Below are positions 52,049 through 64,000 of a DNA stretch of 64,000 nt, in pieces; the first letter of the stretch is position 1, and every line of letters starts with the position of its first letter. The notes under the pieces were generated by a model. It made no database searches, was not told the DNA's origin, and was given only the letters and a program-made list of their open reading frames with translations. This DNA comes from Octopus sinensis (lineage: Eukaryota). The position numbers and the translations under genes are program-made. The stretch is taken from NCBI RefSeq assembly GCF_006345805.1, contig NC_043009.1, positions 7,006,001-7,070,000 on the forward strand, written 5' to 3'.

Positions 52049-54463
52049 TGAGTGTGTGTGTGTGTGTGTGTTTACACGTGCGCGTGCATGCGTGTACTCA
52101 TATATTAATAGAGAATATAGAATACTAGTTTTAAACGTGAAACGACAGCCTGTCTCCAATCTACTAACGATAGCTATATCCGTTACTGAAAGCTGTAATT
52201 GTAGTAGTTTAAGAATATGATTTGTGAAAGGAATTAATGCTTTATATAGAAGTAACGAATTATGTCTTTAAATAGCTTATTGTACACATTAAAGAACGTT
52301 TTGTTACTATAATTATGAAAAATTTCTAAAGGAATGTGATTTCGAAGCTGGGTTAAATATGCTCGCGCACCTGCAGCTATACGGTGACGTTACACGGATA
52401 CATAAAAGAATTCTTGTGTATGGGACAATAGAAATGACTTGAGGTCAGCGTCCAAGGGATTTTCGCTGAAAAATTATTAGACTAGTGTTGTTTACCTCTT
52501 TCATGACGCATCCTTTGTGTTTGACGTACGTCAAATTTGATTGCACTCTCCGCTTTTGTTTTCCGTCTTGTCTTCAACAATGCTTGCCGATGGGGACACT
52601 ATCATTTATATGGTCACTTTGAGACTGATATTGTATCGTTTCTTTTCATTAATAAGCCGCATAGAACGTGGGGGAATTAAGAGCCAATCTGTGTAGATAC
52701 GCTGAAGGCTTGGCATGGCTCAGACTCATTGACACCATAATCGATCACAGAGCCTCTGGAAAGGGCTGTGTACATATCGATGCTACAACCATTGACCTTC
52801 TGTACAAGAAAGCTATTAAATAAGCACTTACATTTCTCTCTGGCTGATTTATGAGCTGTCAACTACGGTTATAAAACCTAATACCCGCCTCGCTTAATAC
52901 ATTCCCTTCTATATTATACAGAGCACAACACATTGCATTCATCCTTACTCTCTCATATCACTAGAACTTGATATATAAAATACAAATTTAAGTTCATGAA
53001 AGGCGGAACCATTGCAAACATTTCCGGTCGAAAGAAATAAAATGACATCAACAACCAGTTCAGCTTAGTCTTAAAGCTTACAAGCAAAACGTGCCAGGCA
53101 GTATCTGCATAATTATATCAATCATGTGCCTACTAGAGTAGGGAAGGTTCGTACATATGCATTCATTAATCAGTAAATAGAATTAAACAAAGCTATAGCG
53201 CCTGATTTGATGTGTATTATGGGTACAAATAACGGCACTCGATATGAGTAAAAACATTGCCGTTTTATTGTCTTGCAACCAATTTGTCGGTAGTGATAAA
53301 GTACAAGAAGAGACTTCATAATGCTGACCTAAAACTATGTAGAGATTTCAAAGATACGTGAAAGCGAACAAAATGATGTCGAAAATTAACAAATTATCGA
53401 CCAGGTAGCGTATTTGTCAAGCATATTCATAATGATCATAAATGTTCGCCATCAGAATATAAAACCCTTTATATTTAATGCAACAGAAACACCAGATTCA
53501 ATCAGATAGCAGAGGGAATATCATGCCAGAACGGAGATTAAAGCTGATTAGACAGAGTATAAAATTCTCTAGAACAGAGGGATATTTTAAAATTCAATTT
53601 CCACAACTTCAAGGAAAGGTTTAAAGAGCCTCTTGCAACAGTTATAGAATATGTCCTGCGTCCATATTGGTTAGAATTTAACGATATAGAAAAGTGTACT
53701 GATAGTCTTTTCTAGATCTTTAATCTAATAATTCTAACGAATTTATATCAGTTGACAGAGGAACGATTGTAAGATATTTCCATAACCAATTGCTCAATAC
53801 AAAAGCTTGTATTCAGGAAATGGTTATTGAAAAGTTATATTTACTCAAGCATCGCATAGATTAAAGTAGATCCAATATTTGCATCTTAAATTTAATCAGT
53901 CTCTTCAAAGCTATTCAAAATGAATGCAGATCGATGGTTGCGTACTTTGAAAGGGACAGAATATATAAAAGTATAAAGATGGACAAAGCTATACTCATAT
54001 GCATATATTAAGCTTTCTATAAAATAGAAAGTTTTGTAATATGTCAATTGAAATTACAACGAAGGGTTCACAGATACCTTTGATCACAACCGTTAACCAT
54101 GGCTTGAATGCACGTTTTAGAACATTCCAGATGCTACTGTGATGTTTTAATATTATTTTATTGAAACATTCTTGGATAGTTTAAAGAGGTTTCCTCTTGT
54201 GGTATTTTATTAAGCGTACACACCATGAGAAACATAACATCACAATTTATACATTACATAGTGTTTAGTATAAAGATCATATTCTAAAAAAAAAATAAAA
54301 TATATTAACTATAGATAAGTTCTCTTTATAGACAGGTATTCAGTCAGTTGCAATAATAGCTGAAAATACATAATTGAAAGCTGCCAAATAGCAGCTGTAA
54401 GAATACGTACGAAATGTTAGATAAATGTTATCTACTTAAATTTATTGTTACAAATTTTATATA

Positions 54464-54653
54464 GGCATAGGAGTGACTGTGTGGTAAGTAGCTTGCTTAC
54501 CAATCACATGGTTCCGGGTTCAGTCCCACTGCGTGGCACCTTGGGCTAGTGTTTTCTGCTGTAGCTTCGGGCCGTGAGTTTGTGAGTGAATTTGGTAGAC
54601 GGAAACTGAAAGAAGTCCGTCGTATATATGTATATACATAAATACATATATAT

Positions 54654-54710
<57 letters not shown>

Positions 54711-54930
54711 TTGTGTGTGTGTATGTTTGTGTGTCTGTGTTTGTCCCCACAGCAACACTTGACAATCGATGCTGGTGTGTTTACGTCCCCGTAACTTAGC
54801 GGTTCGTCAAAAGAGACAGATAGAATAAGTACAATGCTTACAAAGAATAAACCCTGGGGTCGATTTGCTCAACGAAAGGCGGTGCTCCCGCATGGCCACA
54901 GTCAAATGACTGAAACAAGTAAAAGAGTAT
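54464..54930 (+). mobile_element. SINE family A, full length
   Basis: As for the other family A copies, with ~120 bp of internal (TA)/(TG)n. Confidence 0.92.
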
Positions 54931-55722
54931 AAGATATATATTAGTACAAATACTTCTTAATTCAAAGTTTGTCTTTTATGCAATGTTTATCATTCATGCA
55001 ATATGCAGGTCACCAATGAAAAGTGATAACTGTCAGAACAAAAGAGAGCCAAATATTTAAAATATGTGACTAGAAACATATTGGCTTAAAATTTTGGCTC
55101 AGAGCCAGCAATTCTGGGGGAGGGATAAGTCAATTACATCGACCCCACTGGTACCTCATTTATCGAACTCAAAAGGATGAGAAGGACAAAATCGATCACG
55201 GTGGGATTTGAACTCAGAACGTAAATAAGGACAAAATGCTGTGCTCTCTCTCTCTCACTCTTGCCAAACCAAGTTAAAGGGACGTGTAAAAACTAATACA
55301 AACAAACACACACACACATACGCAGACACCCACACGCACATACACACACATATAGATAAGTGCTGGTGGAACCTAGCACACAAGGAGAGATGCACACACA
55401 TGCATATATACTTATACAAATATATTTGTTTTCGACAAGCTACTTCATAGTTTGCATTTAACAAATTTACTCCCAAGGCATTGCTCAGCCAGGGACTTAG
55501 TGGAAAACAAATGCCTCAGATGCCGCACAGTGGGTCTGAGACCGATACAAAGAAACTTTAAATTAATCTTACTCGAATATTTGCAATCATCTGACGTCAA
55601 TGATGACGAGGCACTGTGTTAGTGGTTGTTTTTTTTTCAGGATACACAAATAATGAAGGGTTTAGCATTTCTATACAGACAGTCGAAGCATTAGATCTGA
55701 TGTTACAATATTTATCATTTAG

Positions 55723-56169
55723 CAAGGAAGCAAGCTGGCAGAATCGTTAGCACGCCGGATGAAAAGCTTAGCAGTATTTCGTCTACCGCTACGTTCTGAG
55801 TTCAAATTCCGCCGACGCCGACTTTGCTTTCATCCTTTCAGAGTCGATAAATAAAGTGCCAGTTGCGTACTGGGGATGATCTAATCGACTGGCCCCCTTC
55901 CCAAAAATTTCGGGCCATGTGCCTGGAGAAGAAAAGAATATTTATCATTTAGTAAGGCGGCGAGCTGGCAGAAACTTTAGCACGCCGGGCGAAATGCTCA
56001 GCGGTATTTCGTCTGCCGCTACGTTCTGAGTTCAAATTCCGCCGAGGTCGACTTTGCCTTTCATCCATTCGGAGTCGATAAATTAAGTACCAGTTGCGTA
56101 CTGGGGTCGATCTAATCGACTGGCCTCCTTCCCCACGAAAATTGAGGCGCAGTGACTAGAGTAGAAAAG
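55723..56169 (+). mobile_element. Two head-to-tail SINE family B monomers with a triplicated 16-bp flank
   Basis: AATATTTATCATTTAG at 55707-55722, 55937-55952 and 56170-56185. Confidence 0.9.
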
Positions 56170-57069
56170 AATATTTATCATTTAGTTTTAATGCTCATGT
56201 AATAATCTTTTCTGATGTACATGATTATAGAACTTGAACGTTTTGTAACAACACAACGATTTTCCTGTGTTGTGGCCTAGCATCCATTTCATCGACAGAT
56301 ATGAGCACCGTGACATATTTTAATGTACCAATTCAGAATATTATTTCCTCTTAAATTCTGTATCATAAAGAAGTCGCTGTTGTATAGTTTAGCCTTGTAT
56401 GTGCGGACTTACGATGAAAAGATTTCTAAACACGATCATATCATTTTATATAGCGTATAACCGCATCATTCAATGTCTACTTGCACTTTTAAGATGAGGT
56501 GTGTGATTTTGGAGACACTGAACCGTAGAGACGCTTGATTCCTATTTAGTTTTTGACATAGAAAACGTACAGCCTCATGATATAAACGGTAGAAGCTGTG
56601 AAAACTATTCAAGTTGTCAAATTCACACATAGGTATATTTTGGAGAGGACATTTGAGTTGTCAGATTGGATCATTACATACAGTTTGATAAGTGCTGCCT
56701 TATTCTAATATATTATGGAAATTACCAATGTTATATATGAGAATTGTGGAATATTGTTTTGAATAGTGCAGAAAACAAAATTCTGAAACTAAACTGAGAT
56801 CACATTAGCTGTAGAAAGATTTGGAACGTTTTACCAAGTGTTAGATGTCTTTAAGACGGAATAAATCATTATCAATTTCTTTATGGTAAGTTAGATTTCA
56901 GTTTTGAAGACTATTAATCACCCACACACACACAGACACAAGCGCTTATATGTACGTATGTATGTATATAAATATAAACATGTATAATACATATATACAT
57001 GTATTTTAAAATTATGTCTATCATATGCATATATAAGTGTATACGTATATATATGTATATATATATATA

Positions 57070-57181
<112 letters not shown>

Positions 57182-58749
57182 CTATGTGTGTGTGTGTGTG
57201 TTATATATATATACATATCTAGGCATATATATATGTACATGTATATATGGTGGTATTCATGACCGAAGAAGCATGGCTCAAACGAATAAAAGTATATGTG
57301 CGAGTGTGTGTATGTGTGTGTGTGTGAGGAGGCAGTTAGTGGTGCAAATAAACGTAATTAAACGAGATACATATAAATATACATACATGCATATACATTT
57401 GTAGATAAATAAAAAGGAATAGACATATATAAAGAGAAATGAAAACTGAAAAAAAGTATTCAGAATATAAACTTTATATGTAAGAGTATATAGATGCTTA
57501 TATATATTGACAAATGAATTTACATGAAGCATAAAATATGTAGAACGCTTAGGGGAGCGTACATAGTTTACTTTTAACTCGACAGCTGTTTCTGGGAACT
57601 TCTCATAACAAAATAGATCTAATCTTCTTCTAGACACACACGTAGACGTAAACACACAGACGCATACACACAAACACAAACTCACACACACATGCACACA
57701 GACACACTCACACACACACACGCACACACACACACATATAAATACATATATATAATAATATGAATAATATATAAATATATGTACATACCTATATAAATAT
57801 GTATATATACATGCATTTATGGGTACACGATATCAGAGAAAAACGTTGAACACAATGAGAACATAAAACAAAAACATAAAACATACAAATCAAAAACATA
57901 GTAAACAAACTTCGAACAACGAAAAAAAAAGAGAAACGAGACATACAACATAAAGAATATTCTCCTTCTTTAGTTGTCCTTGTTTCCTCTTCTCCGCAGT
58001 CGAAGGCAAGGACAATACGCGACTTCGTTGAAACAGTCCTTCCCGCAAAGCCAATTGTTTTAGTGCTATCTATCAAAGGTGATTGGTCACGTATACTAAA
58101 ACTAATACTGGTATTAAAATGACATTTGCAACGTAATTAATAAACTAATACCCCAGCTCATTAGATTCTTTTCTACAGTCTATACGCAAGCTGTGCTGTA
58201 GCTTTGAACGGTAGCTCATGTGGCTCATGATCATATGATTGTGGGTTGTGTCCTTGAGCAAACCACTTCACTCTGCTCTGCTCCAAAGAATATCATGATA
58301 TGACCACCAGTCGAAGCCTACCTGGATTTACGTCATCCGTGTTCTGTTTGGTCATGTGTGCGTGTATGTGTGTGTACCCGAGAGGATGTCTATATTCGCT
58401 ATGTTTCTAAGTAATCTTATATTCTGAATGGCGACTTTAGATCTTCAAGTTTTCTTTTTAATATACAGAACAAAGTTATTTGCATCTGGGGTTAGCACAT
58501 GTCATATACGTCAACATGGATAACAATGGAAACATACAAACAGTATAGAAGCAAATATTTAGACATGGTAAACACTCAGTCAATTGCTTTATACTAAAAC
58601 AGCGTATTCTATTTTACTACCATGAAATGTAGAGGGGAAGAGTACAAGAAGATGTCAATGACGTTAGGGTGACGGAGGACATGAAAAATGGTCTAGAAAC
58701 AAGAACCTGGCTGATTGTATGCTCGCAGAAGGAACTGGAGGGTTTCGGC

Positions 58750-59161
58750 AAGCCAATACCTATTTCTTTACTGCCCACAAGGGGCTGAACATACTAGGGA
58801 TAAACAAGGACAGACAAACGGATTAAGTCGATTATATCGACCCCAGTACGTAACTGGTTCTTATTTAATCTACCCCGAAAAGATGAAAGGCAAAGTCGAC
58901 CTCGGCGGAATTTGAACTCTGAACGTAAAGACAGACGAAATACCTACTTCTTTACCCACAAGGGGCTAAACACGGAGGGGACAAACAAGGACAGACAAAC
59001 GGATTAAGTCGATTATATCGACCCCAGTGCGTTACTGGTACTTATTTATCGACCCCGGAAGGACGAAGGGCAAAGTCGACCTCGGCGGAATTTGAACTCA
59101 GGCGAAATACGGCTACGCATTTCGCCCGGCGTGCTACCGTTTCTGCCAGCTCGCCGCCTTA
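58750..59161 (-). mobile_element. SINE family B, multi-unit
   Basis: Reverse complement of the head plus two complete units and a partial third linker. Confidence 0.9.
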
Positions 59162-59199
59162 CACACACGACATCAATAGCAACAGCAACTACAATACTG

Positions 59200-59241
59200 T
59201 AAGGCAAGTAGTAGTAGTAGTAGGAGGAGGAGGAGGAGGAT

Positions 59242-59290
<49 letters not shown>

Positions 59291-59760
59291 TATAGTAGCA
59301 GAAGTAGTAACGATGGTGGACACGGTGGTGGTTAAGGTAGTGGTGATGGTGGTGAAAGTGGTGGTGGTAGTAGTATGTCAACCGCCTTAGTTGAAGTGTA
59401 CAACGGTAGCGTTGACTAATCTGGCTAAAAATAAAGAAAATAAAACGATTTCCGTGATGATAAAAAGATGATAAAATTCACAATGATGGTGATGACAACA
59501 ACGACGATGATGGTGATGACGAAGATATTGATAATGATCTTGGTGGCGATGGTAATGATATTGTTGGTGATGATGTTGCAGGCGATGATGATGCTGGCGA
59601 TGATGGTGATGCTGGGGATGATGGCGATGATGATGATTATGATGATGATGATGGTGGTGGTGGTGATGATGATGATGATGGGGAGGAGGAGGAGGATTGC
59701 AGTGATCTTCGTGATGCCGAACTCTGCAACGACGACGACGTCGACACCCATGACGATGTT
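59200..59760. repeat. (TAG)n/(GGT)n/(GAT)n compound microsatellite
   Basis: Direct inspection. Confidence 0.9.
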
Positions 59761-61644
59761 GAAAGGGGGGAGGAGTAACCGAGCGTGTAGGAGTAACCGA
59801 GTAGGAATGAGTTGTCTTTCTTGTTATTGTTCTTTCGCCCCAGGGCAAAGCAAATTCGGTTGAGTAGGCATATGATCAAAGAAATTAAATTCGTGACAAT
59901 TTCTTCTCTTCTGGAAAAATCTAAGATCGCATTATCTAATTACTCCTCCTCCTACTCCCACCATTCATTCATATCATTTTGTTTTTTAAGCCGGTGAGGT
60001 GTGAATTAGCCAAATATATCGATGACAACAACAATAAGGAATATGGTAATTGGTTTGAGCATAGGTACAAGGCGTGAAATTGTGGAAGAAAGTTTAATCA
60101 ATACTGTGGATTTACTATTTTATTGGTACTTTTTTCAAAATTGACCCTATAACGAACAAATGCAAATGTTACCTAAGTAGGATTTGAACTCAGATCGTAA
60201 AGAAAGAGAACGATATATTGTCCCTTGTTGGTGTGTTTACGTCTCAGTAACTAAGCGTTGCTGCAAAGAAAATAAGTCCTAGTGTCAATTTGTCCGACGA
60301 AATCTATTCAAGGCGGTGCTTCAGCATAGCCAAATTTGAAGGACTGAAACAATTAAAAGATAAAAGATGGACTAGGCGGAGCAGGAGAATACACGTAGAT
60401 GGAAAGGGTCGCTGAAGAGGTCACAGATGTGTAACGAAAGATTCCAGAACATGGACATAGGATAAAGATAATATAGTAGATAATGGTTATGCCGACGACG
60501 GTGATGAAATTTTCTAGCATCGTGGGCTGATGACATTTTAAAAGGAGAGATGCTTTAGGAGTCGCTGTATATATTGGCAGCGGCAAATGTTTTCGTAACT
60601 GTGAGTGCAAAAACCATATTTTGTAGTTGAGCTTGCTAGATATAACAGCCAGGACTTTCTCAAATCATAATTTCCCGTTTAAAAATATATACTGAACAAT
60701 GAAATCCGCTTTAATATATTTCTAAAACTTTGTGGTGGTTATTGTTAGAATGTCTATGATTATAATTCTATTAAACGACGGCAAAATTAAGGACGAAATT
60801 CAGCAAGAATAATAAAGAATATACGTGATGAAATATAGTATGTAAATTAATGGGAGGCTTTGCTAGTGTTGTTGAAAAGTAAATTATTGCATTGACATCG
60901 TTTCTGCGTAGATAGATAAAAAGACAGAATAGAATTAGAGGATTCACAGAGAAAACCGTGCCTACATTATTGAATACCTTCAGAAAATATAAATGGTACA
61001 CACCACAAAAATGATTTGTGATAATGAAAAAAATGACCATAAACTGAGAAATGGCAGTTCCTATATAAAAGAGATATTTAGGAAAATCTCAGACGCTATT
61101 GTTAAAAGTCACAAGGGAAAATGTGTTTTAATCTGCAAATCTGGCTTAAAAGACAACAATATAGCAGTGGAAATCAGGGAAAAGCTATTCAAATATTAAT
61201 CCCTCGCAACAGAAATATCTACAATGTGAATTGAACACATATAACAATCTTCATAATAATACCTACCTTGGGAATGATAAAAAAAGAAATACAATCAGAT
61301 ACATAATGAAAAAAAGCCATCATTCGCATGTATACATGACATACAGAAAATAGCACTGAAAGATATTGTGCATATATTATGTAGGGGAATTTCAATAAAA
61401 TAAAATACAGCAGAATAGAGGAACAAAGCACAGCACATGTACGTAGAGAGATGCATTACGTTACTATATTTATTAACGGCTTATTCCGAGGAGGAATAGG
61501 GCACGTGACCATTTTCAGGACTTCCGTCGCTGGTATGCGGTTGTTATTTTCAAACCAGGAAATTTTGGTCTTAGTGCTTCCGTTAAAGTAGAGTCGGCTA
61601 AAGAAAACTAAAGGCCTGCTTATGATGGGATTCAACCAAACTCA

Positions 61645-61863
61645 GAATATTGGTTTCAAATTTTGGCACAAGGCCAGCAATTTTAGAGGAGGGAGTCGGT
61701 CGATTTCATGGACCCTTCTGCTCAACCGATACTTATTTTATCGATTCAGAAGGATAATAGGCAAAGTCGACCTAGGTGGAGTTTAAAATCAGAACGTAAA
61801 GAGCCAGAACTGCCACTGAATATTTGGCCTGATGCAATAACGGTTCTTCCAGCTCGCCGTCTT
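61645..61863 (-). mobile_element. SINE family B monomer, diverged
   Basis: Reverse complement of tail, core and head. Confidence 0.8.
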
Positions 61864-62092
61864 TGAATAGTTGATGATACTACAACCATTGCACGACAGG
61901 TACATTTTTATTGACCCAGGAAGAACCAAGACAAAATCGACCTCGTCATGATTTGAACTATGGAATAAAAATAGCTCACCACCAGGTTTAATACTACGTT
62001 CTAAAACAGATTCAGACAGAAATTGGAGGATGGGATTACTCGATGAAGCTAACCCTGGTATTTTATCTCATCAGTTTCGGAATTATAAAAAA

Positions 62093-62479
62093 CTAGCTGA
62101 ATGACCCAGCGTTGCTCGGGTTACTGATGTCCTTATTCAAGTTAATAAATAATAAATATAAATAGATATTTTCATAATTATTTCAAAATATCTATATTTT
62201 ATTAAAAGTTGTCCAAATCGTAATGATAATAGAATTTCGAACTGAAAAATCTGTCAATCTTGATGCACGTTAGGGCAAACAATATTCCTTCTGTAATATT
62301 TTGGTGGTATCGAATTAAACAGATTGTTACTGCTTCCAACTCACGAGCAAGCAACATAGAGCTAGCCGTGGGAGAAACCTGTAGTAGAGAGATCAAGTGT
62401 GTGTGTGTCAGTCTCACGAAAATGTATGCATACCACACATACTTCTCAGTCATCAGCCTAACGTACGTAACGAACGTAG

Positions 62480-62521
<42 letters not shown>

Positions 62522-63400
62522 ATGAATATATACGTGTAGATGTGTGTGTGTGTATGTATGTGTTTGTGTGTGTGTGTGTGTTTGTGTTTAATTGTCTAAG
62601 GCCTAACGTACAAAATACCACCAAGAGGTTTGTTTGACGTCCTTTTGTTTCTGATGACAACACGACTTTAGTAACAATAACCATGACAACACTAGAACAG
62701 GCACTACGTCGGTTACGACGATGACTGTTCCAGTTGATCCGATCAATGGAACAGCCTGCTCGTGAAATTAACGTGCATGTGGCTAAACTACCTTGAGGGA
62801 TTGACCCTGGGATTTACTAATTGAAATGCCAAAACGTAGATTCAATGGAAACTGAAGCTTCTTTATTCAAATGGAACATCTGTAAGTAGGAATGGAATTT
62901 TTGGAATAAAGACATTTTCGCCTTTATGACTACATGTTATGATTTTTGTCTCTAACACATGGAGCACAGTATGGAGATGAACATAAGTTTTAGCCGTTAA
63001 CATTTTTTGATTGTTACGAATGTAGAGGAGACACTCATTCTCAACCTTTGCATACATATCAACCAGGTGTGGCTGAAATGGATCCCGAAACGTGTGTAAT
63101 TGATTTGATTTTTCTAGTCTTAAATAACAGTTGGTAAGAACAGAAGTCGTTTGACGACACCTTTTTTGTTTGTAATTGGCTCTCCTGTTGCAGGTTCAAT
63201 CTGTGGAATATTGAAATGATACTCACCTTGTCCATTCCACAAAATAAGAAGAAACTGAAGGGCATCATAAGAAGGATGAGACTCTGAAACACGTTTAAGG
63301 TTGTTATGCCGAGCGGGAATGAGAATATCACGATTTTCATGGGGATCACCTACCTACCATATGGATGACTACTTCATTAGATGTGGGGTCCTTAAAACAA
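62093..63400 (-). mobile_element. Internally deleted Helitron (Rep N-region fused to helicase C-terminus) with intact 3' end
   Basis: Minus strand: PTSNEV...RDILI..RHNNLKRVSESHPSYDALQF...EYHFNIPQIEPATGEPITNKK-VSSNDF...LVDMYAKVENECLLYIRNNQK...YVHL joined to HVLETKIITCSHKGENVFIPKIP...LQFPLNLRFGISISKSQGQSLKVV. The 3' hairpin CCCGAGCAACGCTGGG is followed by CTAG (62093-62096) and then T. Confidence 0.92.
62705..62785 (-). mobile_element. 5'-truncated SINE tail (family C/E) interrupting the Helitron helicase
   Basis: GATCCGATCAATGGAACAGCCTGCTCGTGAAATTAACGTG matches the 2430-2470 tail and abuts the KSQGQSLKVV codons. Confidence 0.8.
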
Positions 63401-63434
63401 CGTAAAATATCCTTTAGTTTAGTTTACTATACGT

Positions 63435-64000
63435 GTAACGAACGCGGAAACACACACACAACACACACACACACACCACACACACACACACACGTATGAA
63501 TATATACGTGTAGATGTGTGTGTGTGTATGTATGTGTTTGTGTGTGTGTGTGTGTTTGTGTTTAATTGTCTAAGGCCTAACGTACAAAATACCACCAAGA
63601 GGTTTGTTTGACGTCCTTTTGTTTCTGATGACAACACGACTTTAGTAACAATAACCATGACAACACTAGAACAGGCACTACGTCGGTTACGACGATGACT
63701 GTTCCAGTTGATCCGATCAATGGAACAGCCTGCTCGTGAAATTAACGTGCATGTGGCTAAACTACCTTGAGGGATTGACCCTGGGATTTACTAATTGAAA
63801 TGCCAAAACGTAGATTCAATGGAAACTGAAGCTTCTTTATTCAAATGGAACATCTGTAAGTAGGAATGGAATTTTTGGAATAAAGACATTTTCGCCTTTA
63901 TGACTACATGTTATGATTTTTGTCTCTAACACATGGAGCACAGTATGGAGATGAACATAAGTTTTAGCCGTTAACATTTTTTGATTGTTACGAATGTAGA
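63435..64000. repeat. Second copy of a 974-bp tandem duplication (first copy from about 62461)
   Basis: 62521-63026 appears identical to 63495-64000 at a constant offset of 974. Confidence 0.95.

Noticed and set aside
60405-60450. CTGAAGA-GGTCACagatGTGTAAC-GAAA-GATTC hammerhead-like motif
   Set aside because: Core and stem II are plausible, but stem I does not pair and the stem III replacement is not palindromic. At best a decayed copy.
60771-61431. Hydrophobic minus-strand ORFs with GPCR/transporter-like words (NPLIL, LLKFPYIIY)
   Set aside because: Interrupted by stops, with no DRY/NPxxY/CWxP motif or splice support. Hydrophobicity is expected from T-rich DNA.

Overview
AT-rich, microsatellite-saturated eukaryotic DNA whose repeat content resembles, from memory, octopus (coleoid cephalopod) genomes; that assignment is not database-checked. 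No host protein-coding gene could be supported, and almost all long ORFs in the track are microsatellite read-throughs. The window is a transposon graveyard. It holds several tRNA-derived SINE families, three R4/Dong-type RLE LINE remnants, a Penelope-like (PLE) reverse transcriptase remnant, mariner/Tc1 elements, two Helitron derivatives and an unidentified decayed coding stretch with a SWIM-like finger. The most notable signal is a set of type I hammerhead ribozyme (HHR) motifs in several unrelated non-coding elements: (i) a ~490-bp, highly structured HHR-bearing unit in a tandem array with an inverted copy (13521-15248), which looks like a retrozyme/circular RNA template; (ii) a canonical minimal HHR in the loop of a 118-bp rod whose transition mismatches favour G.U pairs on the HHR strand (12893-13240); (iii) a tRNA-headed (Pol III) SINE carrying a PLE-type HHR (24611-25228, 44948-45315); and (iv) variant or degenerate cores elsewhere. 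All structures were folded by eye and ribozyme activity is untested.
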